NCBI GenBank assembly: GCA_051942245.1
Contig: JAVECL010000046.1
Span: 1-64,000 of the forward strand
From: Trypethelium eluteriae
Lineage: Eukaryota
Length of the DNA: 64,000 nt
Direction: 5' to 3'
Notes under the pieces: generated by a model
Databases searched by the model: none
What the model saw: only the letters and a program-made list of their open reading frames with translations
Told to the model about the DNA's origin: nothing
Position numbers and translations under genes: made by a program
In this document: in pieces, positions 35,105 through 46,671 of the stretch
How positions within the stretch are numbered: position 1 is the stretch's first letter
Layout: the number at the start of each line of letters is the position of its first letter

Positions 35105-37363
35105 TCAAAAGACATTAGCAGAGAAGATATCTGCACGGCTTCCTAGGTGGAAAACCGGAATGTGCTCTAAGGGCGTCGGCACTGTCACCGTCTGACCTCC
35201 AGCGTACGTCTGGTTCGTCCACCAGTACGTCCAAGGCTGAGTCCCATTTGCACTGCTGGTCTTCGGCAGATATACAGACCACGACGTCACATTAGGCAGT
35301 GTGACAGGCGTGACCAGTATCCTTGGTCCAAACATGTACTGTTGTGTTGTCACGTTGGTGTTCAATGCAGTCAAGTTGTTGATATTTGGATCCGTCAGGC
35401 TGAAGTCCATGAACAATGGTCTCATGATCATGCGGCCGGAAAGATGGAACTGATTGAAGAGAGCCTTCACGTACGGACCAAGCTGATATCTCAGACGAAT
35501 GTAGGATGCGATGATGGGGGTGTTCGAAGCACCATACACCCAAGGTTCATTGTTGCACGTGTATGCATCTTGGAAGTTGCAGGCACGCGATCCATGGTTC
35601 CTCATGAACGGAATGAAGGTCGTCCATTGCAACCAACGAACGTAGAGCTGGCGATATTGTGGCTCGTCGATGTTGTTGCTCCAGTAGACCGTCGGGTCAG
35701 CTTGGAATCCCCCTGCGTCGAGCGTCCACCAACCCCACCCGGTTGACGCAGCAGACAAACCGGTCGCGACTTGTGCACTGAGAGTCTCCCAGACAGCTGT
35801 GGTGTCTCCAGACCAGATCATGCTGCAGAAACGTTGCGACCCAATGTAGCCTGAACGACTAAGCGAGAGGTACTCGCAAGGCTCACCCATCTGAGAGTTT
35901 GTGGCATTGCGGAGACCCTCTTCGATTGCGGCCTGATGTGCCCAGGGATATAACTTGCCAGCACTCATTTGCGTTCCTGCTGCATACAGAACATCCGGCA
36001 ACGGGAATGGAAGCGACTGGATATAGTTGCTCTGACCGTTATTCTCGTATGCCTCACCAAGGGCACCGCCATCTGCTTGGTCGATCCAGAAGTTCTTGAT
36101 ACCCTTTTGATAATAGTTCATGTCCAGTTGATCCCATAGGAATGCACGAGCCCGAGGGTTGGTCGCATCATAGTTGCGAATATACGAACCATTCCAGGAG
36201 TCTGTTGTGCCGGGACCAGATCGCGTAGCGGCCAGCAATCCTTGCTGCTGCATTTCCGCGTAATTGACACTTGCGTCTTCGACACTTGGCCAGAGAGACG
36301 CCATCATCTCTGCACCTGTGAGGTTCTTGACATATTCCGTCATGTAGGGAATGTCAGGCCACAGATCTGCTTGAAGTGCCCAATCACCCTGATGAGCCCA
36401 TGACTGGTAGTCAATGACGATCAAAGACACGGGAATGTTGTACTTGACGAAATTCTGAGCCAACAAGAGAACTTCCGTCTGGTTCTCGTATCTCAGCTTC
36501 GAGTGGAGGTAACCCAGCGAGAAGTCTGGCGGTTGAGGCGCGCGACCCGTCAATGCCGAAATCTTCTGCTGCAAATTATCGTAATCGCCAACAGGAGCAC
36601 TGAAGATGGTGTAGTCCACAAGAGTGGTAGACGCGGCAGTGATTCGATTCCTCAAAGGGCCGAATTCCATGCGACCTTGAGCTGCAGAGTTCCAGATGAA
36701 GCCGTAGCCCCTGCTGCTCATGAATACAGGCGTCGGAATGTGGGTGTTGAAGTTGACCATGTCGATGACGGAGCCCTTTTTGTTGACGAGATGATCTTGC
36801 TGAGTACCTGTGCCATAGATCTGCTCGTCTGGGCCGGTGCTCCAGGAGAATTCAGCACTGAATTCGTATCCGGGACCGGGCCAGTAGTAATATCTCGGAT
36901 TGATCGACTTGAGCGGACGGTATTCTGAGGTAAGCAGAGTCTCCGATCCATTGGCCTCAACGCGATAGAAGGCCAGGCGATAATTGCCTCCAGCAGTATC
37001 TCCGGCATCGCCAAACGTCTTGATGATGGTGTTGCCATTCCGCAGAGCAAAAAAGTGGCTCCCGTTTACTCGAGTATCGAAGTTCATGCCAACGGGCTGT
37101 CCATTCTCAGGACCTTCGAGCGGGGGATCGTAGATGAAACTGATTTGGCTTGCATCAGGCGCTCTGAACGGCCATGCTCGAACGCGGAATCCATCATAGC
37201 CAAAAGGTTGGACAAGGAGAGTCTCAAATCCATGGGTCATGAAGACACCCGTCGAATTTGGGGCAAAGTACCCTGGAGGTGCTCCAGTTCCATTCTGGGC
37301 AAAGGCGACATTCCAAATACTTGCTGCTGCCAGTAAGTTTTGCAAGATCCGTTGAAACCCCAT
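35105..37363 (-). CDS. Secreted glycoside hydrolase family 31, probable alpha-xylosidase (AxlA-like)
   Basis: 752-aa intronless ORF with signal peptide. SKLRYENQ, IVIDY, FWIDQADGG (nucleophile region), IWSGD, WWTLDAGGF, MRNHG, MRPLFMDF, QYMFG. Confidence 0.9.
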   Translation of the reverse strand: MGFQRILQNLLAAASIWNVAFAQNGTGAPPGYFAPNSTGVFMTHGFETLLVQPFGYDGFRVRAWPFRAPDASQISFIYDPPLEGPENGQPVGMNFDTRVNGSHFFALRNGNTIIKTFGDAGDTAGGNYRLAFYRVEANGSETLLTSEYRPLKSINPRYYYWPGPGYEFSAEFSWSTGPDEQIYGTGTQQDHLVNKKGSVIDMVNFNTHIPTPVFMSSRGYGFIWNSAAQGRMEFGPLRNRITAASTTLVDYTIFSAPVGDYDNLQQKISALTGRAPQPPDFSLGYLHSKLRYENQTEVLLLAQNFVKYNIPVSLIVIDYQSWAHQGDWALQADLWPDIPYMTEYVKNLTGAEMMASLWPSVEDASVNYAEMQQQGLLAATRSGPGTTDSWNGSYIRNYDATNPRARAFLWDQLDMNYYQKGIKNFWIDQADGGALGEAYENNGQSNYIQSLPFPLPDVLYAAGTQMSAGKLYPWAHQAAIEEGLRNATNSQMGEPCEYLSLSRSGYIGSQRFCSMIWSGDTTAVWETLSAQVATGLSAASTGWGWWTLDAGGFQADPTVYWSNNIDEPQYRQLYVRWLQWTTFIPFMRNHGSRACNFQDAYTCNNEPWVYGASNTPIIASYIRLRYQLGPYVKALFNQFHLSGRMIMRPLFMDFSLTDPNINNLTALNTNVTTQQYMFGPRILVTPVTLPNVTSWSVYLPKTSSANGTQPWTYWWTNQTYAGGQTVTVPTPLEHIPVFHLGSRADIFSANVF

Positions 37364-37462
37364 CCTGACGAACTTTCAACAGCTCTGGCTGGGGAAGAAC
37401 GACCTTGTATTCCAAGCTCTTTTGCGGCTCCGCTGCCCCCCATACCCCCAGGGGGGATGCCA

Positions 37463-37680
37463 TTTTTATACCAGTGCCAATATACTCCACCCGGTCTTTA
37501 GGCTAAGTAATATGCAATGTGCAAGGTCTGATTCTCGATGAAGATGCAGAGACTGGGGCCGTTGCATCATGAAAAGGCTCCAATTTCTCGGTGATAGCTT
37601 CTCCGCGTGGCTCCGTAGGGAGCTCTTGAGGGGCAGAGTGGGCAGCTAGGCGGGGCTTACCGTTGAAAACTTGCGGGGGA
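37463..37680 (-). promoter_or_regulatory. Putative GH31 promoter: TATA box, XlnR-type GGCTAA and several CreA-type SYGGRG sites
   Basis: TTTTTATA at 37463-37470 (TATAAAAA on the minus strand), GGCTAA at 37501, CTGGGG at 37552, GCGGGG at 37650 and 37673. These are short motifs and can occur by chance. Confidence 0.4.
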
Positions 37681-39807
37681 ACCGTACCTGCATGAGTAGC
37701 TCTGCTGCTTGCAAGAACCAGACCAGATTGAGATGTTCGAAGCTCTTCAATTGGTGGAAGAAAAGCGGCTGGGCTAGGAATCTACTAGGGAGAAGGCATC
37801 TTTTGAACGTGGTGTCCCTGTGACGTCAAAGCCCAGACCACTAGTTAAGGTAGCTAACAAGCTTATCCGAAATTTCGAGATCATCTGTATCACGCTATTT
37901 AGCTTCAACATCTTTTCACCTTGTGCTGCGCATCCATGGCAGCTGGAGGGTGGCAGGCCTCCGACCAAGCCGTCAACCAACTGCGGAACGCGAGAGAAAC
38001 TGAATGGCAAGGAATTGCAAACTGTTCGAAGTAATCTTCATCCCTTCTCTATGGTCCCACCTCCCGCCCAAAACACCCCTGTACGATCTCACGATGTGTG
38101 GATCTTTGCAGTGGTCTTGGAGTGCGGGGAACAAGGACTCTAGATCCCTGGCATCTTGGTGTTTGCAGCAGACGGGAGCCATTCGCCTGTCAAGATTATC
38201 GAATTCCGCTGCTCAGGATTTTCCTCCAATATTCGATGATTCCTCGCTCGTAGTCAAGTAATTTCCGGGAATTGATCATAACAGACCAGCATCATAACAG
38301 GTACCCGGTACTCGGCTCAATGCGAAGCTTCCTCCCTTGGCGTTACGAGTGAGTCGCAATCCAGAGTATATTAGGGTTCGTACTCGTGAACCCTGCATTC
38401 GGTGGCTGGTTTCGTGGGCTGGCCAATCCGTGGATGCTGCCATCTTTTATGGCCAGTAATGTCATAAGCGAGAACGTGGCAACCCTTCTTCTCCCCACCT
38501 GAATTCTCGCCGCAAACACCCCTTTTGAGAATCGACGTTACTTTTGTAAAAGTCAATGTAGCGTTGCGGTCGCACGCGAACATAGGTGGCGATGCATGCA
38601 CTGAACGTGATGACTTGATAGGAGAGGATTTGTGCCACGGCTGACGTCGACGCAGGCAACAGCTGCCCATCATAGGCAAAACCCTCCTGGATTCTCTCCG
38701 ACACAAAATTGCGTTTCTAATATGAGTATCTGTCGCATAGTCTGCGATGATCACCCTATCTTCGACTACATCAAAGTGTCTAGTGTTCACCGCCGCCAAC
38801 TTGTTGTCAGTGCTAAATGTGCTAAATGAGCTTCTCTATAAAACAACGCACTCCTGTCTCCGAGCACATGTGTTACTCTAGCTTTTCTGAGGAGCTCACT
38901 CTTAGCTGTGAAACCCTGCACGACCAAGTAAATCCAATGGCATTTTTGGGGAAACATGACGTTTTCGAGAGAGGAAACTGTGTCGCAGGCTCGAAGGCCC
39001 CGGCATGCTACTCAAACGTAGGTAGCTGTGTCCACCGGGACCACTAGTTGGCCATACTGAGCATGCCGGCATGTCTCATGCTAAGTTCATGAAATATCCA
39101 GGAACGGGAAGAATTGAAGGGCTTTCAAACTTCAATTACGTTGAGCACGAAGGTCTCTTGTCACGTTGGACTGGGAAGTCATCGCAAGGATTCAGAAATT
39201 TGAGACGCTCAGATGTGGCACTCGACATATTCACGGAAGATCCAATGTCACGTTAGCCAAGTTTCGCCGCTGTGCGTTCTCCTGGAGCTCATAATAGGCC
39301 ACTGGTGTTCTATTGATCGTGGTTTGCGTTTAGATATTGAGTGTACTGACCTGATCCTCATCAACATCGTCTGTAGCGTTCCGACACTTTCCGATAATCT
39401 GGGGGCCAAAAGCCACAGGCTGCCCAGTCCCACCATTGTTGAGCTCAGGCTTTTCTTCTTGTTCTCAAGCACCGATACTATCTGGAGGAAGAAGATTCGT
39501 GTGCTGGCGACGCTTTTAAGCTGACTCTATTTAAGGTAAGCTCGGAAAGGCGAGCATTATTCATAAGTTTAATTGAGTCGAACTCACTTCCGCCGGTATG
39601 CTGCGGAGTCATGAAATATGCGATACTAGTCCATTCGCTTCTAGGATCATAAAATCGTTTCTGCTTTCTCTGTCACAGAGCTAGCTACTGCAGGGTGTCC
39701 TCATTGTAGGATTACGTCCATTTCGTTACCCGCCAATAGGAAACCGCCCAGCCATGAAGAAGGGATAAAGTATTTCCATTCACTGCTCATCAGAAACAAA
39801 CACAACT

Positions 39808-40848
39808 TCAATTTAACGGGAAAGGGGCCGACAGTTTCTTTGAAATTTCCAAAATGCTCTCCAGATCCTCGTTCGGTGTGCGTCCCAAACCGCACTCAGT
39901 CGCAATCCCAAAGTCTGTACACACCTTCTGCGCCGACTTGATCCTCTGCTCGGTTCCGGCCTCATCATGCGCATGGACGACTCCTAGAAACAGCCTCGCA
40001 TAGCCTATTCGTAGCTGCTTCAACGGCTCGAAATATGCATAATCAGTTCTATCCTTTGGCACCGGCATGTGAAACCATTGAATCGCATGCTTTGGGGCAA
40101 TCCGCTGAGTGATATCATTCGCCCAAGTCACGAGATCTTTCGAGTCCTCCGGGTCAAGGTAATGCTTATGATTGATATCACCATAACAGAGATGATAGGC
40201 CAACCACACTTCCTTATCCACTGCATCCGAAAGCTCCTCAATCCGTTGCATTAAGCCTTCCCGCACCGGCTCAAACCACGGCTTGAAGAACGGGATCTGA
40301 TGCCGGCCGCGCTCCCAATCGGTATACGCGAGGGCAAACGGAAGATCGAACTGGATCGCCAGGTCTTGGGCAGGAATGTGGTCCTGCAGATTTCGCAGGC
40401 TCTGCAGAAGGCGCTTCCGATACAGCGGCTCCACCTGAGCGATGTAGGCGTGGTCCACGTGCGTCGCACACGCATCGACGGAACTGGGGATCGCGACTTG
40501 AAACCTCACACCCGGGGGGATGGCACCCTTTTCCCGCAGATCACAAAACGTCTTGTAGGACTCGATGGCGACGTCATCGTATCTTGTTGGTCCAACGTCA
40601 TCCAATGTGAAACGACGCGCCGGTGGGTTCTCGAGGGACTGCCAGTTGTTGTGAAGTATGCCGTAGATGTCTTTGGGGAAGGATTGGGCTTGCCAGACTG
40701 TGAACAAGCTGCGAGCGCCGGTCTCGCCATCTGGGATGCTGAGAAGGCGGTCGGAAAGCACGGAAGTGCATTTGATAAAAGCTTCTTCGCTTGATTGGAT
40801 GCTTGTAGGCATGCTGCCGACTAAGTTGACACCAATTGGTTGGGCCAT
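39808..40848 (-). CDS. UROD/MetE-like (cobalamin-independent methionine synthase C-terminal-like) TIM-barrel protein of unknown function
   Basis: Intronless ORF with LVGSMP, IPDGETGAR, RFQVAIP, LAIQFD, HLCYGD, FHMPVP, LFLGVVH and GIATECGLGR. Confidence 0.78.
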   Translation of the reverse strand: MAQPIGVNLVGSMPTSIQSSEEAFIKCTSVLSDRLLSIPDGETGARSLFTVWQAQSFPKDIYGILHNNWQSLENPPARRFTLDDVGPTRYDDVAIESYKTFCDLREKGAIPPGVRFQVAIPSSVDACATHVDHAYIAQVEPLYRKRLLQSLRNLQDHIPAQDLAIQFDLPFALAYTDWERGRHQIPFFKPWFEPVREGLMQRIEELSDAVDKEVWLAYHLCYGDINHKHYLDPEDSKDLVTWANDITQRIAPKHAIQWFHMPVPKDRTDYAYFEPLKQLRIGYARLFLGVVHAHDEAGTEQRIKSAQKVCTDFGIATECGLGRTPNEDLESILEISKKLSAPFPLN

Positions 40849-43474
40849 GGTGATGGTCGTATGCAAATATGAAGTGAGATTGTCGCGACGATTACAATGA
40901 GTTGGATGCTCGAGAGATATCCCTCAAGACCGGGAGCCTCAGAGTCAAAAGCCGAGCCTATATTTACGCTCGTATCTTTCCAGCGTCGATGGATCAAGAG
41001 TGGGGACAAAGAAAAGTGGGTATAGGGGCAAAACTCTAAAATGTAGGGGGTTCGAGAGCACCTCACCTGATGGCCTAGCCTCGGCATCCTTTAGGTGATG
41101 TAATCTGTTTTGGAAAGATACATAGGACTTCGCACTTGCCTCGAACAATAGATACCTAATAGGTAGGAGCTATACACGCAGAGCCCGACGACATGGCACC
41201 CTGGTGCTGCATGATGCAGGCCTGGGGTGCGACCCGAAGCGCAACGAACTGTCCGAGGGTGCATGGAGCTACAGGTGTCACTGTCTTACCGAACCATGCA
41301 AAGCCAGGGTTTTCGGAGCCAGTTTCCATTTAGAACCCTCGTGCAGTGGGACCGGGGTTGTACAGTAAACTTTAGTTGACCCGAGGTGTAGTTTTCAGTT
41401 TTACGGAAGCGAACACTGAAGAACCTAAACGAGACAGCGAAATCAATTGCAGGAAACAATAAGCGACTTGAAAAAAGAAGAAAGTTTGCTCAACACTGCA
41501 GAGAATGGATGTCACGCAACAATACCTAGTGTTTCAATCGACTTGTCTGCACTGCATCCGATGTACTAGGGAAATAGGGTCTGCACTTGCCGGTTACAGG
41601 AACCGCTTCTTGACTGGGCACCTTCCCACACACATCCAGCAGGATCACAGTGGTCAATTATATCTAATCCCTAAGGATGCTCTGAGAGTTAAGAAACCCT
41701 ATGTTGACTCCGAAGATAAACTTTATCTCCTCGACCACTGCTGCTTTTTTGAATCAGCCCTGCTCTTGAAAACTATACAAGGCTCACCAGAACTTGCACC
41801 TTGTCTCCCTCAGTGAAACAAGCTCATAATGATACCCTGCTGAGAAGCGGTAGGATATGAAAGTCCACGATAGTTGATAACATCCCAGAGATGTTCTAGA
41901 AGCCATGCTGTAAGTATTAATTCGTCTTCCAAACGCACCAACCGCAAGCGCTTCTCTAATGGCATGGTACAGAAAAGGCTAGCAGGGAACGCCTGCTTGG
42001 ACTTTGCCATGACTGAGAGAAAGACCATCGCAATCTCGTATATGGGATATGTTTCGAATGTCAGTTCAATTGGTCAATGCAATCTTTCTCGCTCATCGGC
42101 GTTTTCACCTTCAATAGCTCCCTGAATATATTGATAGGCAGCCGCCGCTTCTTTTCGTCTCGAACTTCATTCCGAGTAAGTCGACAAACGCAACATTTCT
42201 CACTTGCTCATGCAATGATTAGGGTTCATCTCTCATGAGAATGCTGCTTCGATCCCCTGTGGACAGTTGCAGACATATTGCCATTCTTTTTTCCTTGTAT
42301 TTTCTCGCGCTTTCCTACAGTCATGTTCTTAAAGACAACCTCTGTAACCATCTCCTCGATAATCGATATAGTATGAAAAAATTTACCTTTCGCTCCAAGG
42401 GAGTAATACAGGCTGTAAATGGTCGTCCTTTCCATTCACAGGTACCGCAGAGATCCGCTCCCGGACATCGGCTTGCCTGCGCAACAATTTCCCGTCCCTG
42501 ACAGGTTTGGGGTGGCTTATACTCCATTGAAGCGCCTTTTATGAGACTATTGGGGTCAGTACAAGTTCGACACAGCTATTCGTTTTGTGAATGAGCACCA
42601 TCATAGCCCTGGGAGATCGAGACGGACTCCGCTGGACATCGGATCTGAGGAGGCAAATGTTGATATGTACACAGTCTGACGCGACACTAGAAATGCTTAG
42701 GGTATCCGGGACGAGAGGCTATGCCGGCGAAAGCGGGGCCATCAAATGCTAGAACCACGTTCAGTATGGTACGTTCAGGCGATAGTAAGTATGAATAAAG
42801 ATGAGGAAGTGGTGCCAAGGCGTATCTATATGTTTCTGCGTAGCACGCCAGTGGACGATTGCGTAGATCCACTTCGAGGGCAGAGCAAACAAACAAGCGA
42901 TCGTTCAGATTGATCATACAGTCATACGAAAATAGTGTCCGCTCGCTGGCGTGGGAAAATTGCTGGAGGTTGCCTTGACACTTTGCCAGTGCTGTGATGA
43001 ATATAGTTGGTACCAAGCTATCGGCTTCACACGGACTGCCTGTCGTCTCAACATAGGCCATGAGGAGGCTAGCAAGTGACAAATCGTTGTATTGTGAAGC
43101 GTGCTGATTGAGGTAATGAAGATGGATGAAGATGGATGAGGACAGTGCGATGGCGATGAGGTGAGCGATGAGGATCGCTGCGCACGGTGTCATGGATCTG
43201 AAACTCAACCATCCGGCTCCACCCAAGCTGGCTATACAAAATTATCCTTTGCTCTTGCAAGTAATCTTGATTGGCTCTGGAGCTCGCCTCGAATACTGCC
43301 ATGACGGAAAGGTCCAGTATCCTCGAAGTCCGTTGAACGTGTGCCCTCTAGTGTTACAGCAGTGTTGGTTTAGCCAACAGACCACGTTTTTCGTGTAAAT
43401 GTACAGTAGACTCCCTGTCCTCGAGTACTTCTGAGCTTTTTATATTTTTCCACGTTTCTCAAACCCTTCTCTCA

Positions 43475-44989
43475 ATGTCAACGAAAGAGAGTAAAATTAG
43501 CAATATGCCTATGCACGTGCCTGAGATTCCAATTGAAACTCTCTCCCACATTTTCAGCTTTGTCGACTCTAGGGCGACGCTCAAAAATCTCACCCTTTCT
43601 TCCAAAAACTTCTACAAGATCGCAACTCCTCGTCTCTACTCACACCTCGAGCTCCTAAATGCCGACTGGGAGACCCCTTTCTACGCTCTTAGACCTTTGA
43701 CATGTCTTTTCCTACGAAAGCCTGAGCTTGCTCAAAATGTACGACATCTTGCTTTACGCAGCACTTTCGAGGACGGTCCTGCCAGCGGAGGTAAACAAGG
43801 CAATAAAAAACTCGACCTCGATCCTGAGATCCGCTCCGCTATCGTTGCCTCCGCTCAGTCCAAAGAAGAAGAGAGCCAATGGCTGGAAGATGCATCAGAG
43901 CAAGCTCATGAGGACTGCATCCTAAGTCTCCTCCTACCCACCCTCACCAATCTCCGTAGTATCGACATCGAAATGCCAGTGCAGCCAGTATACGTCCCCC
44001 GCCAACTCGAGCGCATTGGACGCGGGGAGCATCCTTTCGACAGAAAGCCCACCTTCTCCAAGCTAACCGACATCCTCATCGCGCACGACGACTCCAAATA
44101 CGGCCTCTACACCTCCAGCATCGGCTGTGCCTTCTCCCTCCCCGCCATCCAAAACATCTACCTCCACCGCATCGGCAGCAGCGACGGCCCCGATCCCGCC
44201 GACGAGATCGCCGCCTCCTTGCAAAACATCGCCGACGGCAGCAGCACCGTCATCAGCATCGACATGCACGATTGCAGGCTGTCGTCCGGCGACTTCGCGC
44301 GGGTGATGCGCGCCCCGAAGGCACTCACCAGCTTCTGCTACGAGCTCGGCTGGGGCCACCTCTCGTACACGGCGTGCCGATTCCCGGAGATGCGCGCGGA
44401 GCTCGAGCGACACAGGACGACGCTGCGCCATCTGTGGCTCGACTACGTGCCGGACGGCATCGAGTGGCTGACCGATGGCGATGCAGGCGACGACACGACG
44501 CCGATGGATTCCTTTGCGGGGTTCAGCGCGCTGAGGCGCATTAAGATTGGGATGGTGATGATGTTTGGTGAGAACCCGGAGGAGGATCTGCCGGAGTATG
44601 CGGATCGGTTGGTGAAGGCGTTGCCGGTGCAGATTGAGTATGTGAAGATTACTCGTGCCGAGGACGGGCCTGATGTCATTGTTGCGGCTCTCGAGAAGTT
44701 GATCCTTCAGAAGGGTGGTAAGTTTCCGGAACTCAGGCACGTCGAAATCGAATGCTCTGAGGCAGGGGTGAATGATCGGAGAGATCAGTTTCGAAGATTG
44801 AAACAGTTGGCTGAGAATGAGAAGGGCTTGACATTTGTGGTCAGAGATACACGCGGGGCTTTGGTAGGCGAAGATTCTGACCAGAGGGTTGAGAGGAAAT
44901 GGGGATTTGATGAAGATATCGAATGGCAGCCATGTACGAGTGAATGTAACGCGAGGAACGTCTTCCCAGTGCACGATCTGGAGAAGTGA
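43475..44989 (+). CDS. F-box-like protein with degenerate leucine-rich repeats
   Basis: 504-aa ORF. N-terminal IPIETLSHIFSFV...LKNLTLSSKNFYKIATPRLY F-box pattern; LxxLxL repeats (LTNLRSIDI, TLRHLWL, ALRRIKI). Confidence 0.8.
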   Translation: MSTKESKISNMPMHVPEIPIETLSHIFSFVDSRATLKNLTLSSKNFYKIATPRLYSHLELLNADWETPFYALRPLTCLFLRKPELAQNVRHLALRSTFEDGPASGGKQGNKKLDLDPEIRSAIVASAQSKEEESQWLEDASEQAHEDCILSLLLPTLTNLRSIDIEMPVQPVYVPRQLERIGRGEHPFDRKPTFSKLTDILIAHDDSKYGLYTSSIGCAFSLPAIQNIYLHRIGSSDGPDPADEIAASLQNIADGSSTVISIDMHDCRLSSGDFARVMRAPKALTSFCYELGWGHLSYTACRFPEMRAELERHRTTLRHLWLDYVPDGIEWLTDGDAGDDTTPMDSFAGFSALRRIKIGMVMMFGENPEEDLPEYADRLVKALPVQIEYVKITRAEDGPDVIVAALEKLILQKGGKFPELRHVEIECSEAGVNDRRDQFRRLKQLAENEKGLTFVVRDTRGALVGEDSDQRVERKWGFDEDIEWQPCTSECNARNVFPVHDLEK

Positions 44990-45330
44990 ACAGATAGCAC
45001 AGGGCCTATCGGGCCTGTCAATTTAGAAAGTCCGTTTTCAAGCCAGCGAGATACAGCGTTGAACATATAGCCAACGGCGATTAAGGTTTGAAGCAATTGC
45101 CGAGTTTCCAAGTAAGTATCCGATGATAATGTTTTCGTGCTTGTATACGTACAATGATGTTTCTAAATTATATCAACATGCCTGCTATGCGGTCATCTAA
45201 CATCTCCAGAGCGAAGTCTATCGGAGTCTGGACCGGTGATCTAAGTATATACTTACCGGTGTGCCTATATGTACGGAACGATTTTAGGTCTCTTGCTTCT
45301 CATTATAACCTCCATATCTTTGTGAAGACC

Positions 45331-46671
45331 CTACCCTTCATCGGCCTTTTCATTCTGTTCACGGTCATTACTATCCCCGTCGCTGCTTTTCTTATCATTA
45401 TCTTTTTTGCCTGCCACACTCTTCTCACCATCTTCAGCTTCTTTCTCATTCTCCTTGTCCTTTTTTGCTTCTGCTTTCTCCTCAGCCCTCTCTATGCCCT
45501 TCTTCAGTAGCCTCCACTCTGGCGCCGGCACACTGAGCAGCTTACAAATGTCCTTTCTCCTTTCTCTGAACCCTTCATACAGCTCCTTCCAAATCTCTCT
45601 CTCCCTACAACTGCCTCCTGCTATGGAACCCCGCCTCGTACCTACACAATCTGGTTGCATCTCCGAGACCGCTTCCCAAGGCCACATGATCCACGGCTTC
45701 GGCAAGGGCCAGTCGCTGAAATGGACCAACTTCGCCTCCCTCATCACTCTCTCTGGATCCCAGCTCTCTATTTCTTCTGGCGCGCCCAGGTAATCTGTAT
45801 GTTTCTGTTTACGAAACTCGCCAGTAAGTAATGCGTATGGGCGATGCGGGAGGATGAGAGCGGAGGAACCGAAGCGGTAATTCAGGAGGTCCATGTCGAT
45901 TGTTTGACTAGAAGGAGTGCGAGTGGTGAGAGCAGAGGTCTCAGAGGAACGCCAGTCGACGAGGGTGGAGAGTAGATGTGAGAGCTCGGAGGTGGAAGGG
46001 GTGACCAGGAGAAGGAGCGAGGTAAGGATGCCCTGAGGTAGCCAGTACGCGCGCGGCATGGCAATAGGGGTTGGGGGAAGGAGGAAGAGTTCGTCGAGGG
46101 GTTGGAGAAGGGTGATGTCGTTGTCGAGGTGGAGGACTCGGCTGTAAGAGGTGAGATTGAAGGCTAGGAGCTTGGTGATGGAAGTATCAAAGGTTTCATT
46201 TGGGTGGTCGAAGGTGCCGGGTTCGGCACTGCCTGCTACTGCGAGTAATTGGACGGGATGCAAGTTGACTTTATATGTCTCTTTGGCGAGGTTGAGCAGT
46301 TGACTGTCACGGTCTTTGGGCCCTTCAACAGTAAGATCCCATTGCTGTGGATAAAGCAGGACTCGGTCTGCTTTACTCCCAAGTCTGTCCAGTGCCTCAA
46401 AGACCATGATGGCATTGCACAAGGTTGCACTGTCAGTGGCATACTGACTGTAGGCGAATTTTGACCAGTCGGTCACGTCCGGTACCTCATTGATCGAAGG
46501 AGCGTGAGGTCTCGAGGCGTAGTATATGAGAGTGAAGATGGCCAAAGCAAGCAGTGCTATAGAGCGCGAGCGTTTGAGTGGTGAGGGCGCCAGAGAAGGA
46601 TGCTTGCGATCAGAATCAACGAAGGGTAAGCTATTGGATTGTTTGAAACGAGCGTGGATGCCTGTGGACAT
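45331..46671 (-). CDS. GNT1: Glycosyltransferase family 8, Gnt1-like N-acetylglucosaminyltransferase
   Basis: Type II TM segment, DWSKFAYSQYAT, GSKADRVLLYP, TKLLAFN, HLDND (DxD), PRAYW, YALLTGEFR, VHFSDWPLPKPW; charged low-complexity tail. Confidence 0.85.
   Translation of the reverse strand: MSTGIHARFKQSNSLPFVDSDRKHPSLAPSPLKRSRSIALLALAIFTLIYYASRPHAPSINEVPDVTDWSKFAYSQYATDSATLCNAIMVFEALDRLGSKADRVLLYPQQWDLTVEGPKDRDSQLLNLAKETYKVNLHPVQLLAVAGSAEPGTFDHPNETFDTSITKLLAFNLTSYSRVLHLDNDITLLQPLDELFLLPPTPIAMPRAYWLPQGILTSLLLLVTPSTSELSHLLSTLVDWRSSETSALTTRTPSSQTIDMDLLNYRFGSSALILPHRPYALLTGEFRKQKHTDYLGAPEEIESWDPERVMREAKLVHFSDWPLPKPWIMWPWEAVSEMQPDCVGTRRGSIAGGSCREREIWKELYEGFRERRKDICKLLSVPAPEWRLLKKGIERAEEKAEAKKDKENEKEAEDGEKSVAGKKDNDKKSSDGDSNDREQNEKADEG

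Noticed and set aside
37774..39524. Short overlapping ORFs between GH31 and the MetE-like gene
   Set aside because: No recognisable protein signature on either strand.
41505..43398. Several 70-180 aa ORFs between the MetE-like and F-box genes, possibly a decayed gene
   Set aside because: No consistent spliced model or family motif could be built; tblastx would be needed.
44063..44974. 303-aa antisense ORF, and similar shadow ORFs at 17187-17882, 27479-27973 and 48662-49360
   Set aside because: These are antisense shadows of real genes caused by codon bias; they carry no recognisable motifs.
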